From the IMG/VR virus record IMGVR_UViG_3300030108_003878, positions 1 to 56,874 of that record: DNA of 56,874 bases, one strand, 5' to 3'. Position 1 is the first letter of the stretch; each line of letters starts with the position of its first letter. Below are positions 8,096 to 16,500 of this stretch, piece after piece. A program made the translations under genes and the position numbers. This stretch comes from a virus (taxonomy: Duplodnaviria > Caudoviricetes). The notes beneath the pieces are model-generated. The model saw nothing but the letters and a program-made list of their open reading frames with translations. It ran no database searches and was not told where the DNA came from.

Positions 8096-9064
8096 ATGGG
8101 ATTATTCGATGAAAGAATTCCTTATAAACCGTTTGAATATCCGGAATATTATACCGAGGGGTGGCTTAAGCAAGCCCAGGCTTTTTGGCTTCATACGGAA
8201 ATACCGATGTCAGGTGATGTTAAGGACTGGAAAGAAAGGCTCACCGACGGGGAAAGGCATCTCGTTGGAAATATACTTTTGGGATTTGCGCAAACAGAAT
8301 GTGCGGTATCTGATTATTGGACGCAAAAAGTGGTTAACTGGTTTCCAAAGCATGAAATACAGCAAATGGCAATGATGTTTGGATCGCAAGAAACTATTCA
8401 TGCGGTTGCTTACAGCTATTTAAATGAAACATTAGGCTTAGAAAATTTTGAAGGATTTTTACACGAACCAGCAACAGCCGCTAGGTTTGATAATTTAGTA
8501 AGTTATAATGGCAAAGAAGCAAAAGGTATTGGACGCTCGCTTGCAATATTTAGTGCATTTGCCGAAGGAGTTTCGTTATATTCTGCATTTGCTGTTTTAT
8601 ATAGCTTTCAATTACGAAATTTATTAAAAGGTATAGGTCAACAAATGAAATGGAGTGTAAGAGATGAATCGTTGCATTCTAAAATGGGATGTCAGTTATT
8701 TAGACATATGTGTAAAGAAATACCAAATTTACAAAACGATTGTTATGATGATGTTATTAAAGCGGCCAAAACAATGCTTAGTGCCGAGGAAAATTATATC
8801 GATAAAATGTTTGAAAAAGGAGACATCGAAAACCTTAAAGCTTACGACCTCAAACAATTTATCAGGAAACGTCTTAATGAAAAAATTACAGAACTCGGTT
8901 ACAGCAACGGACGGGAGTACTTTGAATTTGACGAAGTCGGAGCAAGTAATCTTGACTGGTTCTATCATCTTACCGGGGGGCATACTCATACTGATTTTTT
9001 TGCTATTCGGCCAACGGATTATTCGAAGGCTAATGAAGGTGAAGACTTTGATGACATATGGTAA
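8096..9064 (+). CDS. nrdB: Class I ribonucleotide reductase beta subunit
   Basis: Ferritin-like ligands QETIHAVAYS, FAEGVSLYSAF, RDESLH; C-terminal HTDFFAIRPTDYSK. Confidence 0.95.
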   Translation: MGLFDERIPYKPFEYPEYYTEGWLKQAQAFWLHTEIPMSGDVKDWKERLTDGERHLVGNILLGFAQTECAVSDYWTQKVVNWFPKHEIQQMAMMFGSQETIHAVAYSYLNETLGLENFEGFLHEPATAARFDNLVSYNGKEAKGIGRSLAIFSAFAEGVSLYSAFAVLYSFQLRNLLKGIGQQMKWSVRDESLHSKMGCQLFRHMCKEIPNLQNDCYDDVIKAAKTMLSAEENYIDKMFEKGDIENLKAYDLKQFIRKRLNEKITELGYSNGREYFEFDEVGASNLDWFYHLTGGHTHTDFFAIRPTDYSKANEGEDFDDIW

Positions 9065-9212
9065 AAAAAATATAATTAAATGTAGTCAATGCGATGAAGA
9101 GTTCCCTGGAGGATTTGAATATAGAGAACATTGGGAAAAAGAACATTTTTATCCTTACTTAAAAAAAGATTCTTTTGATTATGAAAAAGCAAAGGCAGAT
9201 GGCCATAAATAA
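9051..9212 (+). CDS. Small protein with classical C2H2 zinc finger
   Basis: CSQCDEEFPGGFEYREHWEKEH = C-x2-C-x3-F-x8-H-x4-H; ATG 9051 overlaps the end of nrdB. Confidence 0.6.
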   Translation: MTYGKKNIIKCSQCDEEFPGGFEYREHWEKEHFYPYLKKDSFDYEKAKADGHK

Positions 9213-9366
9213 AGTTTGGAGAATTTGGGCAAAAGCTTTAGGAGAAAAAGCTGAAGAAAATGCGGATAAAGTTGCTTTTGTAAGAACGTTATTAATTGCA
9301 CAAGCAATTATAACAAACATTTTAATTTCTATTAATATTATTTTAAATTGGTTATATGTGGAATAA
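9199..9366 (+). CDS. Small membrane protein
   Basis: MAINKVWRIWAKALGEKA plus hydrophobic C-terminal helix. Confidence 0.6.
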   Translation: MAINKVWRIWAKALGEKAEENADKVAFVRTLLIAQAIITNILISINIILNWLYVE

Positions 9367-11104
9367 CGATTGGATAAAAGGAAAAGACTATCCTGCTTGG
9401 GGTGATACAGAAGTATATAAAAAAACAATTGCTGGAGGGTATTTAGTTTATGATGAAACACCTCGTGATGCTTATATGCGAGTTGCTAAAACAGTAGCTA
9501 GAAGATTATATAAACCAGAACTAGCAGATAAATTTTTTCAATATATATGGGATGGGTGGTTATGTTTAGCTTCTCCTGTTTTATCTAATACAGGCACAGA
9601 TAGGGGTTTACCTATAAGTTGCTTTGGAATTGATGTTGCAGATAGCGTACATGACATAGGTAAAAAAAATTTAGAAATGATGATACTTGCAAAACACGGC
9701 GGGGGTGTAGGTATAGGCATCAATATGATTAGACCTGCCGGAGCTAAAATTACAGGTAATGGAACTTCAGACGGCGTTGTCCCTTTTTGCAAAATATATG
9801 ATTCAACTATCCTCGCGACCAACCAAGGTTCGGTTAGACGAGGAGCTGCAAGCGTTAATATCAATATTGAACACAATGATTTCCTCGAATGGCTTGAAAT
9901 TAGAGAACCAAAAGGTGACGTTAACCGCCAGTCTCTTAACCTGCACCAGTGTGCTGTCGTTGGTGATAAATTTATGCGAAAATTACAAGCAGGAAATCCA
10001 GACGCAAGAACAAAATGGTCTAAGCTTATCCAAAAACGTAAAGCAACTGGAGAACCTTATATCTTATTCAAAGGAAATACAAACAAAAATAATCCAGAAG
10101 CATATAAAAAAAATAGTTTAAAGGTACATATGACCAACATATGTAGTGAAATAGTATTACATACAGATGAATCACATAGCTTCGTGTGTTGCTTATCATC
10201 TGTTAATTTAGATAAATATAATGAATGGAAGAATACGAATTTAATTTACGACGCGACATGGTTCCTAGACGGTGTGCTAGAAGAATTTATTCAAAAGGCA
10301 AAGAATATGAAGGGATTCGAGAACTCTGTACGGAGTGCAGAGAAAGGTCGCGCACTTGGACTGGGTGTCCTTGGGTGGCACAGTCTATTACAAAAAAGCG
10401 GTATAGCTTTCGAGAGTTTATTAGCTCAATACAAAACGCGAGAAATTTTTTCAAAGCTAAAATTAGAAACTGAAAGAGCTTCAAGAGCATTAGCTGAAAC
10501 ATATGGAGAACCATTATGGTGCGTAGGGACAGGTATGCGTAATACTCATTTACGCGCTATTGCACCTACAGTTTCAAATAGTAAATTAGCGGGTAATGTA
10601 TCGCCTGGAATTGAACCTTGGGCCGCTAACGTTTTTACAGATCAATCTGCTAAAGGTACGTTTATTAGAAAAAATAAAGAACTAAAAAAGTTATTAAGAA
10701 AAGCAGGGATAGATACAAAAGAAACATGGGATAAAATACTTGCAGACGGCGGTTCTATTCAAGATATTAAAGAACTCGACGAATGGTATTATGATAATTT
10801 AGGAAGGCTAACTAATGAAGAAGAAAATAATGAATCAGCTAAAAATGTATTTAAAACATTTAAAGAAATAAATCAGTTAGAATTAGTGAGGCAAGCCGGT
10901 ATAAGGCAAGATTATATTGATCAAGCCGTAAGCTTGAACCTAGCTTTCCCCTCAGTGGCTACACCGAGATGGATTAATAATGTACATATTGAAGCGTGGA
11001 AAAGAGGTATAAAAACTTTATATTATACCCGAACCGAATCCGTATTAAGAGGAGATATAGCTGCAAAAGCAATGGATCCTGATTGTATAAGTTGTGATGG
11101 TTAA
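9356..11104 (+). CDS. nrdA: Class I ribonucleotide reductase alpha subunit (no ATP cone)
   Basis: LASPVLSN, ISCF, GGGVG, RRGA, TNICSEI, VCCLSS, APTVSNS, KTLYY, C-terminal CISC. Confidence 0.95.
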   Translation: MWNNDWIKGKDYPAWGDTEVYKKTIAGGYLVYDETPRDAYMRVAKTVARRLYKPELADKFFQYIWDGWLCLASPVLSNTGTDRGLPISCFGIDVADSVHDIGKKNLEMMILAKHGGGVGIGINMIRPAGAKITGNGTSDGVVPFCKIYDSTILATNQGSVRRGAASVNINIEHNDFLEWLEIREPKGDVNRQSLNLHQCAVVGDKFMRKLQAGNPDARTKWSKLIQKRKATGEPYILFKGNTNKNNPEAYKKNSLKVHMTNICSEIVLHTDESHSFVCCLSSVNLDKYNEWKNTNLIYDATWFLDGVLEEFIQKAKNMKGFENSVRSAEKGRALGLGVLGWHSLLQKSGIAFESLLAQYKTREIFSKLKLETERASRALAETYGEPLWCVGTGMRNTHLRAIAPTVSNSKLAGNVSPGIEPWAANVFTDQSAKGTFIRKNKELKKLLRKAGIDTKETWDKILADGGSIQDIKELDEWYYDNLGRLTNEEENNESAKNVFKTFKEINQLELVRQAGIRQDYIDQAVSLNLAFPSVATPRWINNVHIEAWKRGIKTLYYTRTESVLRGDIAAKAMDPDCISCDG

Positions 11105-11451
11105 GCTCTAATAATAATTATTTGTGCTTGTGCGTGTATAGAATTATTTTCTCGCGCGTAATCCATAATGTCTTTACCTTCTTCACACACAGGATTATAT
11201 AGCATAGCGCTATAATTAGCTAATAATAAAATCATTTCAGCTTTATCATGAATAGCAGCATGAATGATCAGTGGCTTTCCATAAATGCAAGCAGTTGATT
11301 TTATTAATTTATTCTGTAAAACAAATTCTACATATTTAAAATCATCATTTAAAATTGCATTTAAAGTTTTTTCTTCTACAGATAAAGAATGTGCAGATAG
11401 TAACTGCATTGAAGAGAATAAAAAAATAAGTAATAATAATAAATTTTTCAT
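11101..11451 (-). CDS. Secreted ankyrin-repeat-like protein
   Basis: Signal peptide MKNLLLLLIFLFSSMQLLSA; GKPLIIHAAIHDKAEMILLLANYSA...EEGKDIMDYA. Confidence 0.65.
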   Translation of the reverse strand: MKNLLLLLIFLFSSMQLLSAHSLSVEEKTLNAILNDDFKYVEFVLQNKLIKSTACIYGKPLIIHAAIHDKAEMILLLANYSAMLYNPVCEEGKDIMDYARENNSIHAQAQIIIIRA

Positions 11452-11474
11452 GTAATTAAAAAGGGTTTATACTT

Positions 11475-11505
11475 TTATATTTACACGTCTTACATTTTAT
11501 TACTA
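11475..11505 (-). promoter_or_regulatory. Putative late promoter (class L, variant)
   Basis: Minus strand GTAA-N15-GTAAATATA upstream of the ankyrin-like gene. Confidence 0.4.
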
Positions 11506-11592
11506 GGCAGTTAAAGAATTTAATTTATTTTTGCTAATTGATTAATTTTCAATGATTAAACATATCAAAACAATAAAAAAAATATATTATTT

Positions 11593-11937
11593 TTAATAAG
11601 TCCATATTGTTTGTTTAGGTGCGTCAGGATAGCCTACCCCTAAATGTATAAAACCTTTTTTTCTGCTAATACCAATTCTTTCAAAACCTACATTTAAAGC
11701 TGCTTTAACTAATAAAAAAGTTTTATTACCACCGACACTTTCAATGTCTACCGCAGCGCCATATGCATGCTCTCCCGGCTCTTTTTTTGCTGCTTCAATT
11801 GGATGGTCAGGACTCCTATAACTTGATGTTATTTTTATTGGGTATCCGTATTCTTCTCTTAATTCATCTAACATATTTAATAAATTTTGATCCATCATTT
11901 CAAAATTATTAAATTCAGATTCTTTAAAATATTTCAT
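11593..11937 (-). CDS. Peptidase M15-family endolysin
   Basis: ITSSYRS...HAYGAAVDI...FIHL zinc-peptidase motifs. Confidence 0.85.
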   Translation of the reverse strand: MKYFKESEFNNFEMMDQNLLNMLDELREEYGYPIKITSSYRSPDHPIEAAKKEPGEHAYGAAVDIESVGGNKTFLLVKAALNVGFERIGISRKKGFIHLGVGYPDAPKQTIWTY

Positions 11938-12011
11938 TTATATTTTTTAAACATTAATTTATATAAAAGACTATTCCAAGCCGCTTGTAATTTATCTATA
12001 AATTTTTTCAT
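11934..12011 (-). CDS. Micro-protein (25 aa, amphipathic)
   Basis: MKKFIDKLQAAWNSLLYKLMFKKYK*; TAATG and ATGA coupling to both neighbours. Confidence 0.5.
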   Translation of the reverse strand: MKKFIDKLQAAWNSLLYKLMFKKYK

Positions 12012-12193
12012 TATTTATTTTTTAGCATTTCATTATATAAATGTTGTGCTAATACCACTTCATTTTGATTGGTTACATCTATATTTTTTGTAATTTTTTT
12101 ATATTGTGCTAATTTTTCAGAAGGAATAGAAGCACAGCTTATAATATTAATCGTTATGACTACTATTAGTAATTGTATTATTTTTTTTACCAT
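12011..12193 (-). CDS. Small lipoprotein (possible lysis accessory/spanin)
   Basis: MVKKIIQLLIVVITINIIS-C lipoprotein signal; near endolysin. Confidence 0.6.
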   Translation of the reverse strand: MVKKIIQLLIVVITINIISCASIPSEKLAQYKKITKNIDVTNQNEVVLAQHLYNEMLKNK

Positions 12194-12317
12194 GATTGTT
12201 TGTTTGTGCGTTATGTATATTAATAAGCGCGTTAGTTAGTTTGTCAATACTTTTACGTATTTCCTTTAATTCATTTCTTATACCATTTGATTTAATTAAA
12301 ATAGGATCTTTACTCAT
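12147..12317 (-). CDS. Small coiled-coil hypothetical protein
   Basis: MSKDPILIKSNGIRNELKEIRKSIDKLTNAL; start moved to ATG just after the upstream stop. Confidence 0.5.
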   Translation of the reverse strand: MSKDPILIKSNGIRNELKEIRKSIDKLTNALINIHNAQTNNHGKKNNTITNSSHND

Positions 12318-12318
12318 T

Positions 12319-12597
12319 TTATTTTTCTCCGCATTTTTTACTTGGGTTAGCAACCTGCCTCCAATCTTCTTTTTTAAACCAGTCTCTAAGCGTAGCGCCC
12401 GGCTTACTCGCTCCTTTAACGTTTGTTTTCGCATCTCTTTTATATTTACCGGCTTTGCCGGCTTTTCGCTTTGCACGAATAACTTTATCGCGTTCTGCTT
12501 TGCTCATGCTTTTAATCTTGCTTAAGGGCAAACAGGCTTTAGTAGTTCCTCCACCTTTTTGCTTTAAAAAAGGCGAATTAAATTGATTATATGGCAT
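12319..12597 (-). CDS. Small basic phage protein
   Basis: K/R-rich; ACLP...SKAER...RAKR and LRDWFKKEDW...CG motifs. Confidence 0.7.
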   Translation of the reverse strand: MPYNQFNSPFLKQKGGGTTKACLPLSKIKSMSKAERDKVIRAKRKAGKAGKYKRDAKTNVKGASKPGATLRDWFKKEDWRQVANPSKKCGEK

Positions 12598-13141
12598 ATC
12601 CTTTTTGTTTTAAATGTCTGTACATACGGTCTCCTAATTCTTTTCCAAAATTACTATCTGACATATAATGAGCTTTACCAATATTACGGCTATCTGATAT
12701 TTCGTCCGCTTCTTTTTGATATTGAAATCTTAATTCTGGAAACTTATCACTTAATATATTTGCAAATAATTTAGATTGCGCGGAATGACCTGAAGGGTAA
12801 GAAGGTGTTTCCATAGATTTTAACTCAACATTTTCTATTTTAATTCCTAAGCTATTAGCTAATTCTTTCGGCCGTGGTCTATTAAAATAATTTTTTAAAC
12901 TTTTAATTACTTCACGAGAATCATTTTGTAATTTAGTTATTTCTTTTGTAGGAAAATCTAAACCTGCCTCATCATTTATATTTTTAAAACTTTTTATCAT
13001 ATCGTCTTTTTCAATAACAAAATTTTTATCGGTTTTAAGATTTTTTAATTCTTGCAATTCTTTAAATGTTTGTAAAGAATCATTTGCAGGAGGCTTATGT
13101 AATGTTAATGATGACGTATCAAAGTCTTCAAATAAATTCAT
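12587..13141 (-). CDS. PAP2/haloperoxidase-superfamily phosphatase
   Basis: KNYFNRPRP, PSYPSGHS, SRNIGKAHYMSD: all three PAP2 motifs. Confidence 0.85.
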   Translation of the reverse strand: MNLFEDFDTSSLTLHKPPANDSLQTFKELQELKNLKTDKNFVIEKDDMIKSFKNINDEAGLDFPTKEITKLQNDSREVIKSLKNYFNRPRPKELANSLGIKIENVELKSMETPSYPSGHSAQSKLFANILSDKFPELRFQYQKEADEISDSRNIGKAHYMSDSNFGKELGDRMYRHLKQKGYAI

Positions 13142-13146
13142 TGTTA

Positions 13147-13344
13147 TTATTTTCTACAACCAAAATTTTTTGCGAAGTTAGCTTGCTTAACTATAGTAGC
13201 ACTATATTTATCTTTGTTTTTCATTACTGCAGATGCCGCACTACAGACAGATTTTCCAGGCATATTTTTTTTTACCCAATTAGTAAATTTACCTTTATTC
13301 TTTGGATCTAGCTTTATTTCTGTTTCTTTTTTTTGCTTTGCCAT
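13147..13344 (-). CDS. Small basic phage protein
   Basis: KNKGKFTNW...KQANFAKNF; K-rich. Confidence 0.65.
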   Translation of the reverse strand: MAKQKKETEIKLDPKNKGKFTNWVKKNMPGKSVCSAASAVMKNKDKYSATIVKQANFAKNFGCRK

Positions 13345-13346
13345 AA

Positions 13347-13505
13347 TTATTTCTTTTTTGATTTTCCCATTTTACTTGGCCCGCCTGCTCGGGTACATCT
13401 TACACCCCAGCCTGAAGCATATGCAGATGGCCATACTTTAAATTTTCTTTTAGCCGCTGCTTTACACGGCGCGCTAATTTTTTCTAATATTGGTGTTTTT
13501 TTCAT
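13347..13505 (-). CDS. Small basic phage protein (52 aa, not in ORF track)
   Basis: MKKTPILEKISAPCKAAAKRKFKVWPSAYASGWGVRC...; WPSAYASG motif recalled from other phage proteins. Confidence 0.7.
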   Translation of the reverse strand: MKKTPILEKISAPCKAAAKRKFKVWPSAYASGWGVRCTRAGGPSKMGKSKKK

Positions 13506-13519
13506 AACTTTATAATTTA

Positions 13520-16500
13520 TTAAAATCCTCCACTAGGTTCAAAGCCTCCTGAGGTATCAAACCCGCCGCTTGCATCAAATCCGCCTTCTTCTATTGGTTG
13601 TTTAGTTTTTTTATCAATCCCTAATTCCCAATCTGACCAGCCAAAAAGTAATGCTGCTCTTTCCCATGCGGCTAGATCAGCCTGAGTCATGCTAACAAGG
13701 TTATCTGTTTTTTTTACTACCCTATCTAATGGAATATTTGTAAAAGCTGAAATAACATTTGCAGGTGGTAAGTATAGTTCGTCGTTAAATTTAAATCCAT
13801 CTTTACCAAATGCTTTTTTAGCATATTTAGATTGATCTCCAGCCTTAACTAATTTTTTTACTTTACTTTGCACTGGAGGTGAAATACCTAAAATTTCTAA
13901 TCCAAGTGCTTTACCATACTCTTGCTTATATTCAGCTTTGTCAGATTCATCAATTAATTTTAATATTACATTTTTACCTGTAGCCACTGCAGCACCTGCA
14001 AAACCTAATCCTCTTAAAAAACCATCGGTCATACCATTAGCTATACGCAAATATTTTTCCTCTTTCTTTTTATCGTCTTCATCTTCATCATCAAAAGCAA
14101 AAGCAAATAAAGCACTTTGCAAAGCGGTAAATACTAAGTTTTGTACAACAGTATAATAAATAGCTTTAGATATATTTTCTCGGCGACTACCACGGTTGTT
14201 TATAGCATCCGAGAGAGCTTTTTTAGTTAATCTAGCATACTGAGCCGGTGTATTAGCAAAAGCTAATATAAAGCGTCCTAATGAGCCCGCTTGCTGAGCA
14301 CTAATTCTATCAGGCCTACTCGATTGTTGTGCTTCTTCAGCAACTTCTCTAAAATCTAAAAATGCTTTTTCTTGGGCTTCTTTTTCAGATAAACCTTCTT
14401 TTTTATATTTGTTTAATCTATTTCTATAAAATGTAGCACCTCCCGATGCAATTGCAAAGCTATCAGCTGTTTGTGTAGGCAAAAATCCTGCCTGTAATAT
14501 TTTACTTATTACTCCTCTAGCTCCGCCTTGTTTTGCCATATCTGCTATATCTGACTCACTAACATTAAATCTTAAACCGCCACGTCTTTCTTTTAAGAAA
14601 TCAGAATTAAATAAAAACTTAAAGTCAGACCAGTATTGTTTTTGATTACCAAAAGCTTTAGCCGCTTTAAATATATTATTATCAGAGTAATTAATAAAGT
14701 TTATACTAGATATAGTTTGTAGTAAAGCCGATCGCATATTAAAAAACATAATTGCTCCAACTGAATTATTAATCCAATCTGTAAATCTACCAACAAGAGC
14801 ATCTTTATTATAACCACGATTCCTTCCAGTTTTCATTCGGGTTAAAATATTTTCTAATGCTTTTCTATACCCAGTACCATATGCAGCTTGTAACTTATTT
14901 AAATTTTCTTCAGAAAATATTATATCTACATTTTCTTGCCATTGTTGTAATGCTTCTGCACGGCGAGTTGTATTTATACTATTTATTAAATCTGTAGTAA
15001 TAGTGCCTGCTTCCCAACCTGCATCAGGTTCTGGGTAACCTTTACCTTTATTTATATCAATTAAATTATCCGCAAATACAACTAACTCATTATTATTAGC
15101 TACATAAGATATTAATTCGCGTATATCAGCATTATCTAGCCCTGGAATTTCCATCCCTTGCTTATTCCATATATAAGCGCGTACGGCTTGTTCTACTGTA
15201 AAATCGTCTCCAGGTATTTTTTTACGTAAATTTTTAGGTATAATTTTTAAATCTTCTTTTAATGTTTTATAATCCTCAAACAATGCTACCCTAGCTGAAG
15301 ATATTTCACTCATAGCTCTAGCGTACGGATCTAACAAATTTTCTTTATACCAAGCCATTTGTTGTTCACCGAGCTTTCCTTTACCTAAAGTATTATATAA
15401 TAATCCAACAAAGTCTTCTGCCGACGGCGGTATAAAAAATTTAAACCTGCCTTTGTTAGCTCCGATAGTTTGTGCTCTTGAATCGCTGTATTTTTTTTCT
15501 TTAGCAATACCAGTTTTGTTTTCTATTATTTTATTAAAGTCTTGGCTAAGCTTTTCACTATCAAAAAATTCTTTACGTCTTTGATTTATTTCTTCATCAA
15601 TTAATTTCATGTTATCCAAAACTAGCTGATTGTCCGTGCCCTTTGGTAAACGTTTAGATTTGGGTAATTTATTATTATTTTTAGCGGATGCTTTCCTTAC
15701 TGACGATCTTATAAGAACTTGACCCTCTGAAGTAGATCCATCGGGGTTTATACCTAATTGTTCTCCTAGTGTAATAAAGTTTTTACCTTCCGTTCCTACA
15801 AAAATTATATCGTTAGGATTAATACCATTATCTATAGCAGCTACTTTCGGATTAAAATATCTTTGCCACCAAAATTTCCAAGAATCTTCAAATTTATCTT
15901 TATACCCTGCTTTAGCTACTTTTTTATCATTTACTTTACCTAATGCTAATACAAAATAATTATCAGTTACATTTTTAAATTCTTTATTAAAATTCTTTTT
16001 ACCTAAAATAGCTTCTATTAATTTACGGTAAGCTATAGCCTGCTGCATAGCATGCTCGTAAGAAAATTGTTTTGCATTGTCTTGAAAACCAATTACAGGA
16101 GCACCTAAAGACATAAAGCTAGTTCTTTCGTTTTGAGAAAAAGATAATAAAGTTAAAATTGGTCCCGCTAAATTTTTATCTTTATCTATTAATGATTTAA
16201 TTTTAAGCCAAGTATCATCAAATACTTTTTTATGTTTTTTATTAAATTCATCAATTTTTTCTATATTATTTTCAAATTCTGCTGGAGTACTGCCAAACCT
16301 TTGACCTGGCCGAGATGCGCCTACTGTTAATCTATCAGGTAATATACCTTCATCTTTTAATTTTTCTAATTCTCCTTTTATATTTTTATCTTTATTACCT
16401 ACTAAATATTCAAAAACTTCTTCAGAAACCATTTTTCTATTAGGAGACACGCGCGATAAATTTAATAATTTAAATTCTTTAGTATTAAATATTTTAACTA

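Noticed and set aside
8109-10514. Alternative-frame and antisense ORFs in nrdB/nrdA (for example 8109-8375, 8664-9050, 9759-10121, 10225-10473)
   Set aside because: Shadow ORFs within strongly supported genes; only the 9051-9212 portion has independent support
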